From: a virus
Taxonomy: Duplodnaviria > Caudoviricetes
Direction: 5' to 3' (one strand)
Virus record (IMG/VR): IMGVR_UViG_3300046777_000118
Coordinates: 1-29,909 of that record
Length of the DNA stretch: 29,909 nt
Part shown: positions 6,137 to 15,430 of the stretch, piece after piece
Numbering within the stretch: position 1 is the stretch's first letter
Layout: each line of letters starts with the position of its first letter
Notes under the pieces: model-generated
What the model was told of the DNA's origin: nothing
What the model saw: the letters and a program-made list of their open reading frames with translations, nothing else
Database searches by the model: none
Program-made: the position numbers and the translations under genes

Positions 6137-7658
6137 TCATGAGGTGGAAGCGCTACGACATGCGCTGCCTAAAATGCCTGCGACAGAAAAAGCAGAAGTT
6201 TTGGCATTATTAGAAGAATTTGAACGTCGTAAAAGCATTAAAAGTGCGCAGACTTCATTATTATCTTTTGCCCACCATGTATATCCAGGGTTTAAAGAAG
6301 GCGCCCACCATAGAAAATTAGCAAAAATATTTGAAGATGTAGTTAATGGTAATAAAAAGCGGGTAATTATTAATATTGCCCCGCGTATGGGTAAATCAGA
6401 ATTCAGTTCTTATTTATTTCCAGCATATTTTCTTGGTCGATACCCTAATAAAAAAATTATTATGGGTACACATACGGCATCATTATCAGAAGATTTTGGG
6501 CGCAGAGTTAAAAACCTAGTTGATTCTGATGAATATCAAGAGATTTACCCTAAAACAGCGCTTGCAGACGACCAAAAAGCAGCCGGAAAATGGTCTACCG
6601 GTGCAGGAGGTCAGTATTATGCTGTTGGGGTTGGTGGTGCTCTGGCTGGTCGTGGCGCTGATTTATTTGTTATTGATGACCCACATTCTGAACAAGATAT
6701 AAAAGCTAATTCGAGATTAACTTTCGATCAGGCGTGGTCGTGGTTTCAAACTGGACCATTACAGCGATTAATGCCTGGGGGTGCGATTATAGTTATTATG
6801 ACCCGTTGGAGTTTAATTGATTTAACGGGTAAATTAATTGATTATCAAACTAAAAATCCTGAATCAGATAAATGGGAAATTGTTGAATTACCTGCGATAT
6901 TAAATGAGAATGAAGATAATGAAAAATCATTATGGCCTGAGCAGTGGCCTCTTGACCAATTAAAATCAAAACGTGCGGGGATGGACCCGCGCTACTGGCA
7001 AGCGCAATATATGCAGCAGCCGACAAGCGATGCAGCGGCTGTTATCCAGAGAAATATGTGGAAGGTCTGGGAGCACGAAGATCCGCCACGGTGTGAATTT
7101 ATTATTCAGTCTTGGGACACTGCGCACGAGACAAAGACACCCTCGGACTACACGGCCTGCACGACATGGGGTATCTGGTATAACGACGAGGACGGCGGTT
7201 CGCCCAATATTGTGCTGCTTGATGCGTTTAAGGCACGCCTTAACTTCCCTGACCTCAAAGCACGGGCGATGGAGATGTATAAGGAGTACGAGCCAGACAT
7301 CGTGCTGATTGAAAAGAAAGCAGCAGGCGCTCCTCTCCTGCAGGAGCTACACCGACTGGGTGTGCCGATCCAGGAGTTCAGTCCGTCCCGTGGTAACGAC
7401 AAGCACGTGCGCGTTAACGCTGTTGCCGATATATTTGCAAGTGGTAAGGTGTGGGCACCGGACACACGCTGGGCCAGAGAAGTGATTGAAGAGGTTGCTG
7501 CGTTCCCTGTGGGTGAGAATGACGACTACGTGGACACAATGACACAAGCCTTGCTACGCTTCAGGCAGGGTGGGTTTATTTCGCTGCCTAGCGATGAACC
7601 TGACGACGTGAGATATTTCCGTGGGTTCAGAGGGCAGAAACGTGGGTATTACTTATAG
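6123..7658 (+). CDS. terL: Terminase large subunit
   Basis: Walker A APRMGKS, Walker B LFVIDD, coupling motif MTRW; RNase H-like nuclease domain (QSWDTA ... DDYVD). Confidence 0.95.
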   Translation: MNLSNHEVEALRHALPKMPATEKAEVLALLEEFERRKSIKSAQTSLLSFAHHVYPGFKEGAHHRKLAKIFEDVVNGNKKRVIINIAPRMGKSEFSSYLFPAYFLGRYPNKKIIMGTHTASLSEDFGRRVKNLVDSDEYQEIYPKTALADDQKAAGKWSTGAGGQYYAVGVGGALAGRGADLFVIDDPHSEQDIKANSRLTFDQAWSWFQTGPLQRLMPGGAIIVIMTRWSLIDLTGKLIDYQTKNPESDKWEIVELPAILNENEDNEKSLWPEQWPLDQLKSKRAGMDPRYWQAQYMQQPTSDAAAVIQRNMWKVWEHEDPPRCEFIIQSWDTAHETKTPSDYTACTTWGIWYNDEDGGSPNIVLLDAFKARLNFPDLKARAMEMYKEYEPDIVLIEKKAAGAPLLQELHRLGVPIQEFSPSRGNDKHVRVNAVADIFASGKVWAPDTRWAREVIEEVAAFPVGENDDYVDTMTQALLRFRQGGFISLPSDEPDDVRYFRGFRGQKRGYYL

Positions 7659-7666
7659 GACAGATC

Positions 7667-10045
7667 ATGGCAATCAGTAAAGCACTTTATGAAATGCCTG
7701 AAGGCATCGAGATGTTGGCGCAGCAAGAAGCTCCCATCGAGATTGAAGTTGAGAACCCCGAAAGTATGAGTATTGGTGTGGGTGGGGTGGAGATTGAACT
7801 TGTGCCAGACGAGCCTTCGGCTGAGGACTTTGACGCTAATCTTGCAGATTTCATGTCTGAAGCTGACTTACAGAAGCTATCTTCTGATCTGATGGAGTTA
7901 GTTGAGGCTGATATTAATAGTCGCAAAGACTGGGTTGATACGTATGTCAAGGGTTTGGATGTTCTTGGCCTTCGGTACGATGAGGTGACTGAGCCTTGGG
8001 ATGGCGCTTGTGGGGTGTTCTCTACGTTGCTGACTGAGTCAGCGATTCGCTTCCAGAGCGAGTCTATTATGGAGACATTCCCCGCGCAAGGTCCGGTTAA
8101 GACCAACATCATTGGAGCTTGGAACCCACAAGTTGAAGAAGCTGCCAAACGGGTGCAGGCTGATATGAACTATCAGCTTACGGACAAGATGCCTGAGTAC
8201 CGCAGTGAGCATGAACGTGCTCTGTGGGGTGTTGCCCTTGCGGGGTCATCATTTAAGAAAGTCTACTACGATCCGTCGCTTGAGCGACAGGTGTCTTTCT
8301 ATGTTCCTGCTGAAGATGTCATCTTGCCCTATGGTGTGACAAACATTCGACGTACAGACCGCCTCACTCATGTGATGCGTAAGACTAAGAATGACATTAA
8401 GCGGTTGCAGGTCAGTGGGTTTTATAGGGACATCGACCTTGGTGAGCCTGACCCCAGTCAGACAGATATTGAGAAAGCCAAGGCGCAGAAAGAAGGTCAG
8501 CAGCCCACCCGCGATGAGCGGTATCAGATCTATGAGATCCACGCTGAGTATGACTTGCCGGGGTATGAGGAAGAGTTGCCGGTGCCCTACGTCATTACGA
8601 TTGATAAAGGCACTAATAAAGTACTCGCCATCCGCCGCAACTATCGGGAAGATGACTCACAGAAACGTGCGCGTCAGCACTTTGTGCACTATATGTATAT
8701 ACCTGGGTTTGGAGCATATGGCTTCGGGTTGATACATATTATTGGTGGTTATGCCACCGCAGGTACGATGCTGATCCGTCAGCTTGTGGATGCAGGCTCA
8801 CTGTCTAACCTCCCCGGCGGTCTTAAGTCCAGAGGGCTACGCATTAAAGGTGATGACACACCAATAGCTCCTGGTGAATGGCGAGATGTGGATGTGCCTG
8901 GAGGTGCTATACGAGACAACATCCTGCCGCTGCCGTACAAAGAACCAAGTCAGGTCTTATTAGCACTACTTAATCAAATTACTGAAGAAGCGCGACGGCT
9001 CAGTGGTATGGCTGATATGAAGATCAGCGACATGTCGAGTCAAGCTCCGGTGGGTACAACGCTGGCTCTCTTAGAGCGACAGCTCAAGACGATGGGTGCA
9101 GTACAGGCTCGCATCCATGCGGCGATGAAGGAAGAGTTCAAACTCCTCAAAGAGATCATCCGCGAGTACACCGCACCGGACTATAGCTACACACCACAAG
9201 ATGGCTCCCCACAGGTCAAGGCTGAGGACTACGACATCATTGAGGTCATACCCGTCTCTGATCCTAACGCCTCGACCATGGCTCAGCGGGTGGTGCAGTA
9301 CCAAGCGGCACTTCAGTTAGCTCAAGGGGCACCTCAGCTTTATGACCTCCCACGGCTGCATAGGCAGATGCTCGATGTGTTGGGTATTCCCAATGCTGAT
9401 AAGTTGGTACCACTACCTGACGATCAGACGCCTAAAGATCCTGTGACGGAGAACATGAACGCGCTAAAAGGCACACCCCTAAAAGCCTTTATTTATCAGG
9501 ACCACCAAGCGCATATCTCAACGCACATGGCGTTCATGCAAGATCCTAAGATTGCTGCAACGATTGGTCAGTCCCCGATGGCGCAGCAGATGCAAGCTGC
9601 GATTATGGCTCATGTCTCTGAGCACCTTGGGTATGCCTATCGTCAAGAGATTGAACAACGTGTCGGTGCGCCGCTACCTGGACCGGAGCAGAAAGTGTCC
9701 GAAGCTGAAGAGCTTGCGATGGCGAAATATGTGGCTGAAGCTGCACAACAAGTCCTACAGATTCATCAAGCACAAGCTGCACAGCAACAGTCTCAGGCAA
9801 TCGCAGCAGATCCGTTGGTGCAGTTACAGCAGCAGGACTTGCAGATTAAGGCGGCAGAACAGCAACGCAAAGCCGCTAAAGATCAGATCGACGCCCAGAT
9901 TGCAGCACAGAGACTGCAGGTCGAGCAGCAGCGCATCGCTGTTGATGCCCAGAAAGAAGGCATTAAGTTGCAGAACCAGAACCAGCAGAATGATCGTAAG
10001 TTGCAGTTTGATCTCCTCAAAGCACGTATGAAAGGTGGTCAATGA
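7667..10045 (+). CDS. Portal protein
   Basis: 792 aa, follows terL; G..FKKVYYD motif and long Gln-rich coiled-coil C-terminus as in P22-type portals. Confidence 0.85.
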   Translation: MAISKALYEMPEGIEMLAQQEAPIEIEVENPESMSIGVGGVEIELVPDEPSAEDFDANLADFMSEADLQKLSSDLMELVEADINSRKDWVDTYVKGLDVLGLRYDEVTEPWDGACGVFSTLLTESAIRFQSESIMETFPAQGPVKTNIIGAWNPQVEEAAKRVQADMNYQLTDKMPEYRSEHERALWGVALAGSSFKKVYYDPSLERQVSFYVPAEDVILPYGVTNIRRTDRLTHVMRKTKNDIKRLQVSGFYRDIDLGEPDPSQTDIEKAKAQKEGQQPTRDERYQIYEIHAEYDLPGYEEELPVPYVITIDKGTNKVLAIRRNYREDDSQKRARQHFVHYMYIPGFGAYGFGLIHIIGGYATAGTMLIRQLVDAGSLSNLPGGLKSRGLRIKGDDTPIAPGEWRDVDVPGGAIRDNILPLPYKEPSQVLLALLNQITEEARRLSGMADMKISDMSSQAPVGTTLALLERQLKTMGAVQARIHAAMKEEFKLLKEIIREYTAPDYSYTPQDGSPQVKAEDYDIIEVIPVSDPNASTMAQRVVQYQAALQLAQGAPQLYDLPRLHRQMLDVLGIPNADKLVPLPDDQTPKDPVTENMNALKGTPLKAFIYQDHQAHISTHMAFMQDPKIAATIGQSPMAQQMQAAIMAHVSEHLGYAYRQEIEQRVGAPLPGPEQKVSEAEELAMAKYVAEAAQQVLQIHQAQAAQQQSQAIAADPLVQLQQQDLQIKAAEQQRKAAKDQIDAQIAAQRLQVEQQRIAVDAQKEGIKLQNQNQQNDRKLQFDLLKARMKGGQ

Positions 10046-10245
10046 CCTACGAACGGCAGATGCTTGAGCATCTAAATAAAAGACTGTTAGAGCGTGAGGA
10101 GTCCGTTAAGGACTCTTTAGTGGGAAGCGGAGCGAAAGACTTCGCTGAATACAAAAATTTGTGCGGCGTTGTCCAGGGTCTGCGCCTAGCAAAGATGGAA
10201 ATCCAAGACCTTGTGCAACGTTATGAGGAATTTGAAGATGAATGA
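10042..10245 (+). CDS. Small conserved head-region protein (67 aa)
   Basis: ATGA overlap with the portal stop; helical; DFAEYKNLCG.VQGL motif. Confidence 0.7.
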   Translation: MTYERQMLEHLNKRLLEREESVKDSLVGSGAKDFAEYKNLCGVVQGLRLAKMEIQDLVQRYEEFEDE

Positions 10246-10618
10246 CACAGCGGAGGCTGTTATTGAAGCGGCACAACAAAAGGCAAAGCAATTGCCTGTA
10301 CCTAAAGGGTACAAGATCCTGTGCACTATACCTGACTACGAAGAAAAGTTTGATAGCGGGATCGTAAAAGCGGACATCACGATTAAGCATGAAGAGCTGC
10401 TTACTAATGTGCTGTTTGTCGTAAAGCTGGGAGATCTTGCCTACGCTGATCCGTCTCGTTTCCCTACAGGTCCGTGGTGCAGAGAGGGTGATTTTATTTT
10501 GGTACGCGCCAACACAGGTACTCGGATCATGATCCATGACCGAGAGTTTCGTTTGATTAACGATGATTCCGTCGAAGCGGTGGTTGAAGATCCCCGTGGT
10601 ATCCGACGTGCTGCGTGA
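10238..10618 (+). CDS. GroES/Cpn10-like co-chaperonin
   Basis: P.GYKIL, VVKLG..AY, GPWC.EGD.IL and FRLINDDSVEAVV motifs. Likely start ATG 10238 with GAGGA RBS. Confidence 0.8.
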   Translation: MNDTAEAVIEAAQQKAKQLPVPKGYKILCTIPDYEEKFDSGIVKADITIKHEELLTNVLFVVKLGDLAYADPSRFPTGPWCREGDFILVRANTGTRIMIHDREFRLINDDSVEAVVEDPRGIRRAA

Positions 10619-10626
10619 GGTGAACT

Positions 10627-11559
10627 ATGGCAATGGATAAAGAAGAATTTAAGTTTCCTGATGAAGCTGAAAAAGAGACTAAACAGGACGCTAAAGCGGA
10701 CAGTGAGTTTGAGATTGAAGTAGTTGACGATACGCCTGAGAGCGACAAAGACCGCAAACCGCTTGATGAGCCTATCAACGAGGTCACTGACGAAGATCTC
10801 TCTAAGTACGACGAGAGCGTACAGAAACGTATTAAGAAAATAACTCATGGCTATCATGACGAGCGTCGGGCTAAAGAAGCAGCACTGCGAGAACGTGAAG
10901 AAGCTTTGAGATTTGCTCAGCAACTTGTCGATGAGAACAATCGACTTAAGAAAGACCTCGGCAGTAATACCGACGTGCTCGTTAAAACGGCTAAAAATAC
11001 GGCTGAATTAGAGCTTGAGCAAGCGCGTAAACGGTACAAAGAAGCGTATGAGTCTTTCGACCCAGATAAGGTTGTTGAAGCGCAAGAAGCGCTGACTGCG
11101 GCTAAGTTAAAGCTTGAACGATTAAACAGCTTTAAACCAGCCCCTTTACAGGAAAGGCAAATTCCTGTAAATATGCAACCACAGATCGCTCCAGAGCCTG
11201 TTCCTGATCCCAAAGCACTTGCGTGGCGTGACCAAAATCGGTGGTTTGGGCAGGACGAAGAGATGACCAGCTTTGCTCTGGGGCTGCATGAGAAATTGGT
11301 CAAAAACGGTGTTGACCCGACTTCAGATGAGTATTATGAACGCGTCAACTCTCGTATACGTGAGAAGTTCCCTGAGAACTTTGAGAGCGTAAAAGAGGAA
11401 AAACCTCGACGTAGTAACGTAGTAGCTCCAGCGTCTCGTAGCGTTGCGCCCAAGAAAATCACGCTTACTCAAACGCAGGTAGCTTTAGCGAAGAAGTTAA
11501 AAATTCCTCTTGAACTGTACGCTCGCAAAGTAGCGGAAGGGATGACACAAAATGGCTGA
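10627..11559 (+). CDS. Putative scaffolding protein
   Basis: Acidic N-terminus and coiled coil; lies between portal and capsid genes. Confidence 0.6.
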   Translation: MAMDKEEFKFPDEAEKETKQDAKADSEFEIEVVDDTPESDKDRKPLDEPINEVTDEDLSKYDESVQKRIKKITHGYHDERRAKEAALREREEALRFAQQLVDENNRLKKDLGSNTDVLVKTAKNTAELELEQARKRYKEAYESFDPDKVVEAQEALTAAKLKLERLNSFKPAPLQERQIPVNMQPQIAPEPVPDPKALAWRDQNRWFGQDEEMTSFALGLHEKLVKNGVDPTSDEYYERVNSRIREKFPENFESVKEEKPRRSNVVAPASRSVAPKKITLTQTQVALAKKLKIPLELYARKVAEGMTQNG

Positions 11560-12013
11560 AAATCGTACAAACCGTGATGCAGTAACCCGTGACAAAGTTG
11601 AGCGTCCTCGCACTTGGGCACCCCCCACGTTGCTGCCTGACCCTACACCTGAGCCTGGGTATAAGTATCGTTGGGTTCGAGTCTCCATGATGGGCCAATC
11701 TGACCCACGTAATGTGTCAACAAAACTCCGTGAAGGCTGGGAACCTGTAAGAGCTGAAGATCATCCTGAGATTTCTGGTTATCTGGATAACGATAATCAG
11801 CGGTTTAAGGACAACATTGTTGTTGGCGGTTTGATGCTTTGCAAAACCCCGGTAGAACTCGTTGAGCAACGTAATGCGTATTATCAAGCGCAAGCAGATG
11901 CTCAGATGCGCTCTGTCGATAATTCATTCATGCGCGAGAACGATCCGAGGATGCCTCTGTTTTCAGAGCGCAAGACTTCGGTGACATTCGGACGTGGCAA
12001 TCCACAATCTTAG
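11552..12013 (+). CDS. Conserved head-module hypothetical protein
   Basis: 153 aa, YRWVR...LREGWEPV...GGLMLCK; overlaps the upstream gene. Confidence 0.65.
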   Translation: MAENRTNRDAVTRDKVERPRTWAPPTLLPDPTPEPGYKYRWVRVSMMGQSDPRNVSTKLREGWEPVRAEDHPEISGYLDNDNQRFKDNIVVGGLMLCKTPVELVEQRNAYYQAQADAQMRSVDNSFMRENDPRMPLFSERKTSVTFGRGNPQS

Positions 12014-12025
12014 GAGTAATTCCAA

Positions 12026-12685
12026 ATGGCTTACCCGACTGTAGACAAGCCCTATGGCTTGAAGCCGATCAACTTGATCGGTGGTCAGGTGTTTGCTGGA
12101 GCAACTCGTCAGCGTCGTATCGCATCCGGTGCTTCTAGCATTGGTTTTGGTGACCCCGTTATTTTTGTTAACGACGGCACCATCGCTGTATCGACCTCGA
12201 CAACTGCTGCACCAGCCACCGGTTTTGCTGGCGTCTTTCTAGGCTGTCAGTTTGTTTCGTCTGTTACTGGACAACCCACATGGTCGCAGTCATGGATCAG
12301 CGGCACTTCGGTGAAGGCTAACACCTTTATCTATGCTTATGTCTGTGAAGATCCCGATCAGTTGTTCCAAGTTGCTGTTGTGACGGGAACCACGGTTGTT
12401 TCGACAACTACGGGCCTTACCTACACCAACGTAAACAACAACGTCGCTTTGGTGGCTAACACCCTCAATACGACAACTGGCGATTCGCAGCAGGGCATCC
12501 TGTTGAGTTCCGCTGACGTAACGGCTTCTTTGCCTGTACGTATTGTTGATTTGGTGCCGGATACGGCGTTTACTTATAGTGGTACGGTTTACTACCCAGA
12601 GGCAATCGTTAAGTTCAATATGCCGAACATTAGCGGTTCTACCTTCCTCGGTGGTCATGCCTACTACAACCCAACCGGACTGTAA
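12026..12685 (+). CDS. Putative capsid decoration/cement protein
   Basis: Beta-rich with small residues, immediately upstream of the major capsid gene; AGGAG RBS. Confidence 0.55.
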   Translation: MAYPTVDKPYGLKPINLIGGQVFAGATRQRRIASGASSIGFGDPVIFVNDGTIAVSTSTTAAPATGFAGVFLGCQFVSSVTGQPTWSQSWISGTSVKANTFIYAYVCEDPDQLFQVAVVTGTTVVSTTTGLTYTNVNNNVALVANTLNTTTGDSQQGILLSSADVTASLPVRIVDLVPDTAFTYSGTVYYPEAIVKFNMPNISGSTFLGGHAYYNPTGL

Positions 12686-12697
12686 GGGGAAACTTAA

Positions 12698-13606
12698 ATG
12701 GCTATTTCACGCGCACAACTACTGAAAGAGCTTCTCCCCGGCTTGAACGCACTGTTCGGTCTGGAGTATGCAAAGTACGGCGAAGAGCACAAAGAGATCT
12801 ACGAAACCGAGACCTCCGAGCGTTCGTTTGAAGAGGAAACCAAGCTGTCTGGCTTCTCTGCCGCTCCGGTGAAGAACGAAGGCGCTGCGATTGCTTATGA
12901 CAACGCGCAAGAAGCTTGGACCGCCCGCTATACGCACGAAACAATTGCACTTGGCTTTTCGATCACTGAAGAAGCGATTGAAGATAACCTGTACGACAGC
13001 TTGTCTGCTCGTTACACCAAGGCACTTGCTCGCGCTATGGCTTACACCAAGCAGGTTAAAGCTGCTGCTGTGTTGAACAATGGTTGGTCTGCTGCTGTTA
13101 CTTATGGTGACGGCCAATCCCTGTTCTCAACGGCTCATCCGCTGGTGTCTGGTGGTACTAACAGCAACACGACCGCAACGGGCGTGGACCTCAACGAAAC
13201 GTCGTTGGAAAACGCTGTGATTCAGATCGCAGCATGGACTGATGAACGTAGTTTGTTGATTGCTGCTAAGCCTCGCAAGCTTATTGTTCCTCCTGCTTTG
13301 ATGTTCGTGGCAACACGCCTGTTGGAAACCGAACTCCGTGTCGGTACTAACGACAACGACATCAACGCGTTGAAGAACAATGGTTCGATTCCTGAAGGTT
13401 ACACCGTTAACCACTTCTTGACCGACACCAACGCTTGGTTCCTGACGACCGATGTTCCTAATGGTCTGAAGCATTTTGTACGTACACCGTTACAAAATTC
13501 AATGGATGGTGATTTTGACACCGGGAATGTCAGATATAAAGCGAGAGAAAGGTACTCATTCGGGGTTTCTGACCCGTTGGGTATCTATGGTTCGCAGGGT
13601 GCCTGA
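12698..13606 (+). CDS. Major capsid protein (HK97 fold, Mu gpT-like family)
   Basis: MAISRAQLLKELLPGLNALFGLEY..., KLIVPP.L, DFDTGNVRYKARERYSFG; strongly biased codons; followed by a terminator. Confidence 0.9.
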   Translation: MAISRAQLLKELLPGLNALFGLEYAKYGEEHKEIYETETSERSFEEETKLSGFSAAPVKNEGAAIAYDNAQEAWTARYTHETIALGFSITEEAIEDNLYDSLSARYTKALARAMAYTKQVKAAAVLNNGWSAAVTYGDGQSLFSTAHPLVSGGTNSNTTATGVDLNETSLENAVIQIAAWTDERSLLIAAKPRKLIVPPALMFVATRLLETELRVGTNDNDINALKNNGSIPEGYTVNHFLTDTNAWFLTTDVPNGLKHFVRTPLQNSMDGDFDTGNVRYKARERYSFGVSDPLGIYGSQGA

Positions 13607-13631
13607 TAAAAATCAAGCACTTAGCGTAGAG

Positions 13632-13662
13632 AACCCCGCTTCGGCGGGGTTTTTTGTTTTTT
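13632..13662 (+). terminator. Intrinsic terminator after the capsid gene
   Basis: AACCCCGC-TTCG-GCGGGGTT followed by a long T tract; cUUCGg tetraloop. Confidence 0.9.
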
Positions 13663-13670
13663 AAAGTTTC

Positions 13671-13681
13671 TGTGGTATATT
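13671..13681 (+). promoter_or_regulatory. Extended -10 promoter for the HNH gene
   Basis: TGTGGTATATT, the same TGTGGTATA context as the early promoter at 5127-5117. Confidence 0.5.
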
Positions 13682-13708
13682 CCCTGTTACTAAGTCACAG
13701 GAGATGAA

Positions 13709-14311
13709 ATGGACACCACAAACCTACCCAAAACCCGCAAAGAAGCCCAAGACAAAAGCGCTAAGTATTACTTCACAGGTGAACCCTGTAAGCACGGCCA
13801 CATAGCCCCACGTAAAACCAAAGGTGCATGTGTTGAATGTCTAAAAGTAGAGTGGGAGAAAGCCAACGTCACTCGTGCTGAATACTTCCGTGAGTACAAC
13901 AAGCGAGATGACGTTAAAGACCGTAAGAACGAGTGGTATGAAACAAATAAAGAGCAGGTCATCCAAGCTGCGGCTACTCGCCCTCCTGAAGTATTGCGGC
14001 AATACCGTCAAGTTTGGAAAGATAACCATAAGACGCAAGTTCGTGCGGACACAAAAGCACGTAGGCGTAAACACAGAGAAGCCACTCCAAAATGGCTTTC
14101 AAGACAGCAGAAATCAGAAATACGCCAGCTATACCAAATTGCTATAACCATGACAAAAACTACGGGGGAGCAATATGTTGTCGATCACATAGTGCCTTTG
14201 CGTTCTGAGGTTGTATGCGGCTTACATGTACCTTGGAATTTGCGTGTAATCCCTAGACAAGAAAACCTTCTCAAATCCAATAAGCTTATTGACACAACCC
14301 CCACAACCTGA
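13709..14311 (+). CDS. Free-standing HNH endonuclease (likely homing)
   Basis: VDHIVPL...VCGLHVPWNL...EN..KSN; N-terminal YFTG.PCKHGH...CxxC domain. Confidence 0.9.
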   Translation: MDTTNLPKTRKEAQDKSAKYYFTGEPCKHGHIAPRKTKGACVECLKVEWEKANVTRAEYFREYNKRDDVKDRKNEWYETNKEQVIQAAATRPPEVLRQYRQVWKDNHKTQVRADTKARRRKHREATPKWLSRQQKSEIRQLYQIAITMTKTTGEQYVVDHIVPLRSEVVCGLHVPWNLRVIPRQENLLKSNKLIDTTPTT

Positions 14312-14317
14312 TAAAAA
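14289..14317 (+). promoter_or_regulatory. Promoter inside the HNH 3' end driving downstream genes
   Basis: TTGACA (14289-14294), 17 nt, TAAAAA with TG immediately upstream. Confidence 0.5.
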
Positions 14318-14325
14318 CACATTAT

Positions 14326-14397
14326 CTGGGAAAACCCAGCTTGCTAAACTGTCCCAGCAGACGATGCACCGATTGGCAAGCTACTTGTGCATAAGGA
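14326..14397 (+). ncRNA. Putative structured cis-regulatory leader (double pseudoknot)
   Basis: Three interleaved complementary pairs ending next to the AAGGA RBS; details in findings. Confidence 0.55.
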
Positions 14398-14403
14398 TTT
14401 ATC

Positions 14404-14886
14404 ATGGCTCTCGCTACTACCTCAGCCGTCTGGCGTTCGACCGGCGGTGACTCTACTCGTACTGCTTATGCTGGCTCCATGAAAATGGCCGCGCAGTTTT
14501 ACGCATCTTGTGCGTCAAACCCTGGTACTAAAGTAACTAAATCTTCTTCTGATTCCTCAAACGTTATCCTTCCAGCAAACGCTGTGGTAACGGACATTCT
14601 TATCGTTGATGGCACTGGCGCTAGCTCTGCAAGTTTTGACATGGGCTACGTTCGTTATAACGATACGACCACGGGCGATGCAGACTGCCTCTTGAACAAC
14701 GCTAAAGCAAATAGCGTTGGCGCATTTAACATCATCTCTGCAACGGCTGGTGACTCCATTGGTGATGTACTTTACCCCGATGGTTTGGTTTACCTGACTG
14801 CTGGTGCTGGCGATACGGTTAGCGGTGGTGCTGTTTCTGGCTACGTTGAGTATTTCGTCCGCGATAACGGCGCTGAAAACGTCTAA
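14404..14886 (+). CDS. Putative virion structural protein
   Basis: 160 aa, beta-rich, LPANAVVTDI motif; AAGGA RBS. Confidence 0.65.
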   Translation: MALATTSAVWRSTGGDSTRTAYAGSMKMAAQFYASCASNPGTKVTKSSSDSSNVILPANAVVTDILIVDGTGASSASFDMGYVRYNDTTTGDADCLLNNAKANSVGAFNIISATAGDSIGDVLYPDGLVYLTAGAGDTVSGGAVSGYVEYFVRDNGAENV

Positions 14887-14901
14887 TGACGGAGGCCAAT
14901 T

Positions 14902-15180
14902 ATGGCTATGCAAACAGACGTTCAAGCGATTTCGCTAGCGGCTTCTGGCGATATTAGTGCGTACCCAACCCGTGTTCGCGGGTTGGTTATTGAGCCGGGA
15001 GGTTCTACGGGCAGTGTGATTATCAAAGATGGGGGTTCAAGCGGTACGACTCTGTTTACGATTAACACACTAGCTAACGGAGAAACCTTTAATGTAGTGA
15101 TCCCCTCCCAGGGCGTAAGGTGCGAAACAAGCGCGTACGCAACACTATCTAACGCTAAAGTCACGGTGTTCTATGGCTAA
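14902..15180 (+). CDS. Small beta-rich structural protein
   Basis: 92 aa, GGAGG RBS, ends VTVFYG. Confidence 0.7.
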   Translation: MAMQTDVQAISLAASGDISAYPTRVRGLVIEPGGSTGSVIIKDGGSSGTTLFTINTLANGETFNVVIPSQGVRCETSAYATLSNAKVTVFYG

Positions 15181-15427
15181 GTCTCCTGCTTGGCAGCGTA
15201 GTGAGGGCAAGAACCCCAAGGGCGGTCTTAATGCTAAAGGCCGTGCCTCCTACAATGCTGCAAATCCCGGTAAGCCTGGGTTAAAACCTCCGCAACCCGA
15301 AGGAGGCTCTCGCCGGGATTCTTTTTGCGCCCGAATGAAAGGCATGAAAAAGAAGCTAACTTCAGCCAAAACCGCTAACGATCCGAACAGTCGTATTAAC
15401 AAGTCGTTAAGGGCATGGAAGTGTTGA
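15173..15427 (+). CDS. Small basic protein, DUF6321-like
   Basis: AWQR.EGKNP.GGLNAKGR...SFCARM...SLRAW.C motif pattern. Confidence 0.65.
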   Translation: MAKSPAWQRSEGKNPKGGLNAKGRASYNAANPGKPGLKPPQPEGGSRRDSFCARMKGMKKKLTSAKTANDPNSRINKSLRAWKC

Positions 15428-15430
15428 ATC

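Noticed and set aside
13607-14403. HNH gene as part of a group I intron
   Set aside because: The flanking genes are intact and a terminator separates the capsid and HNH genes, so it is free-standing.
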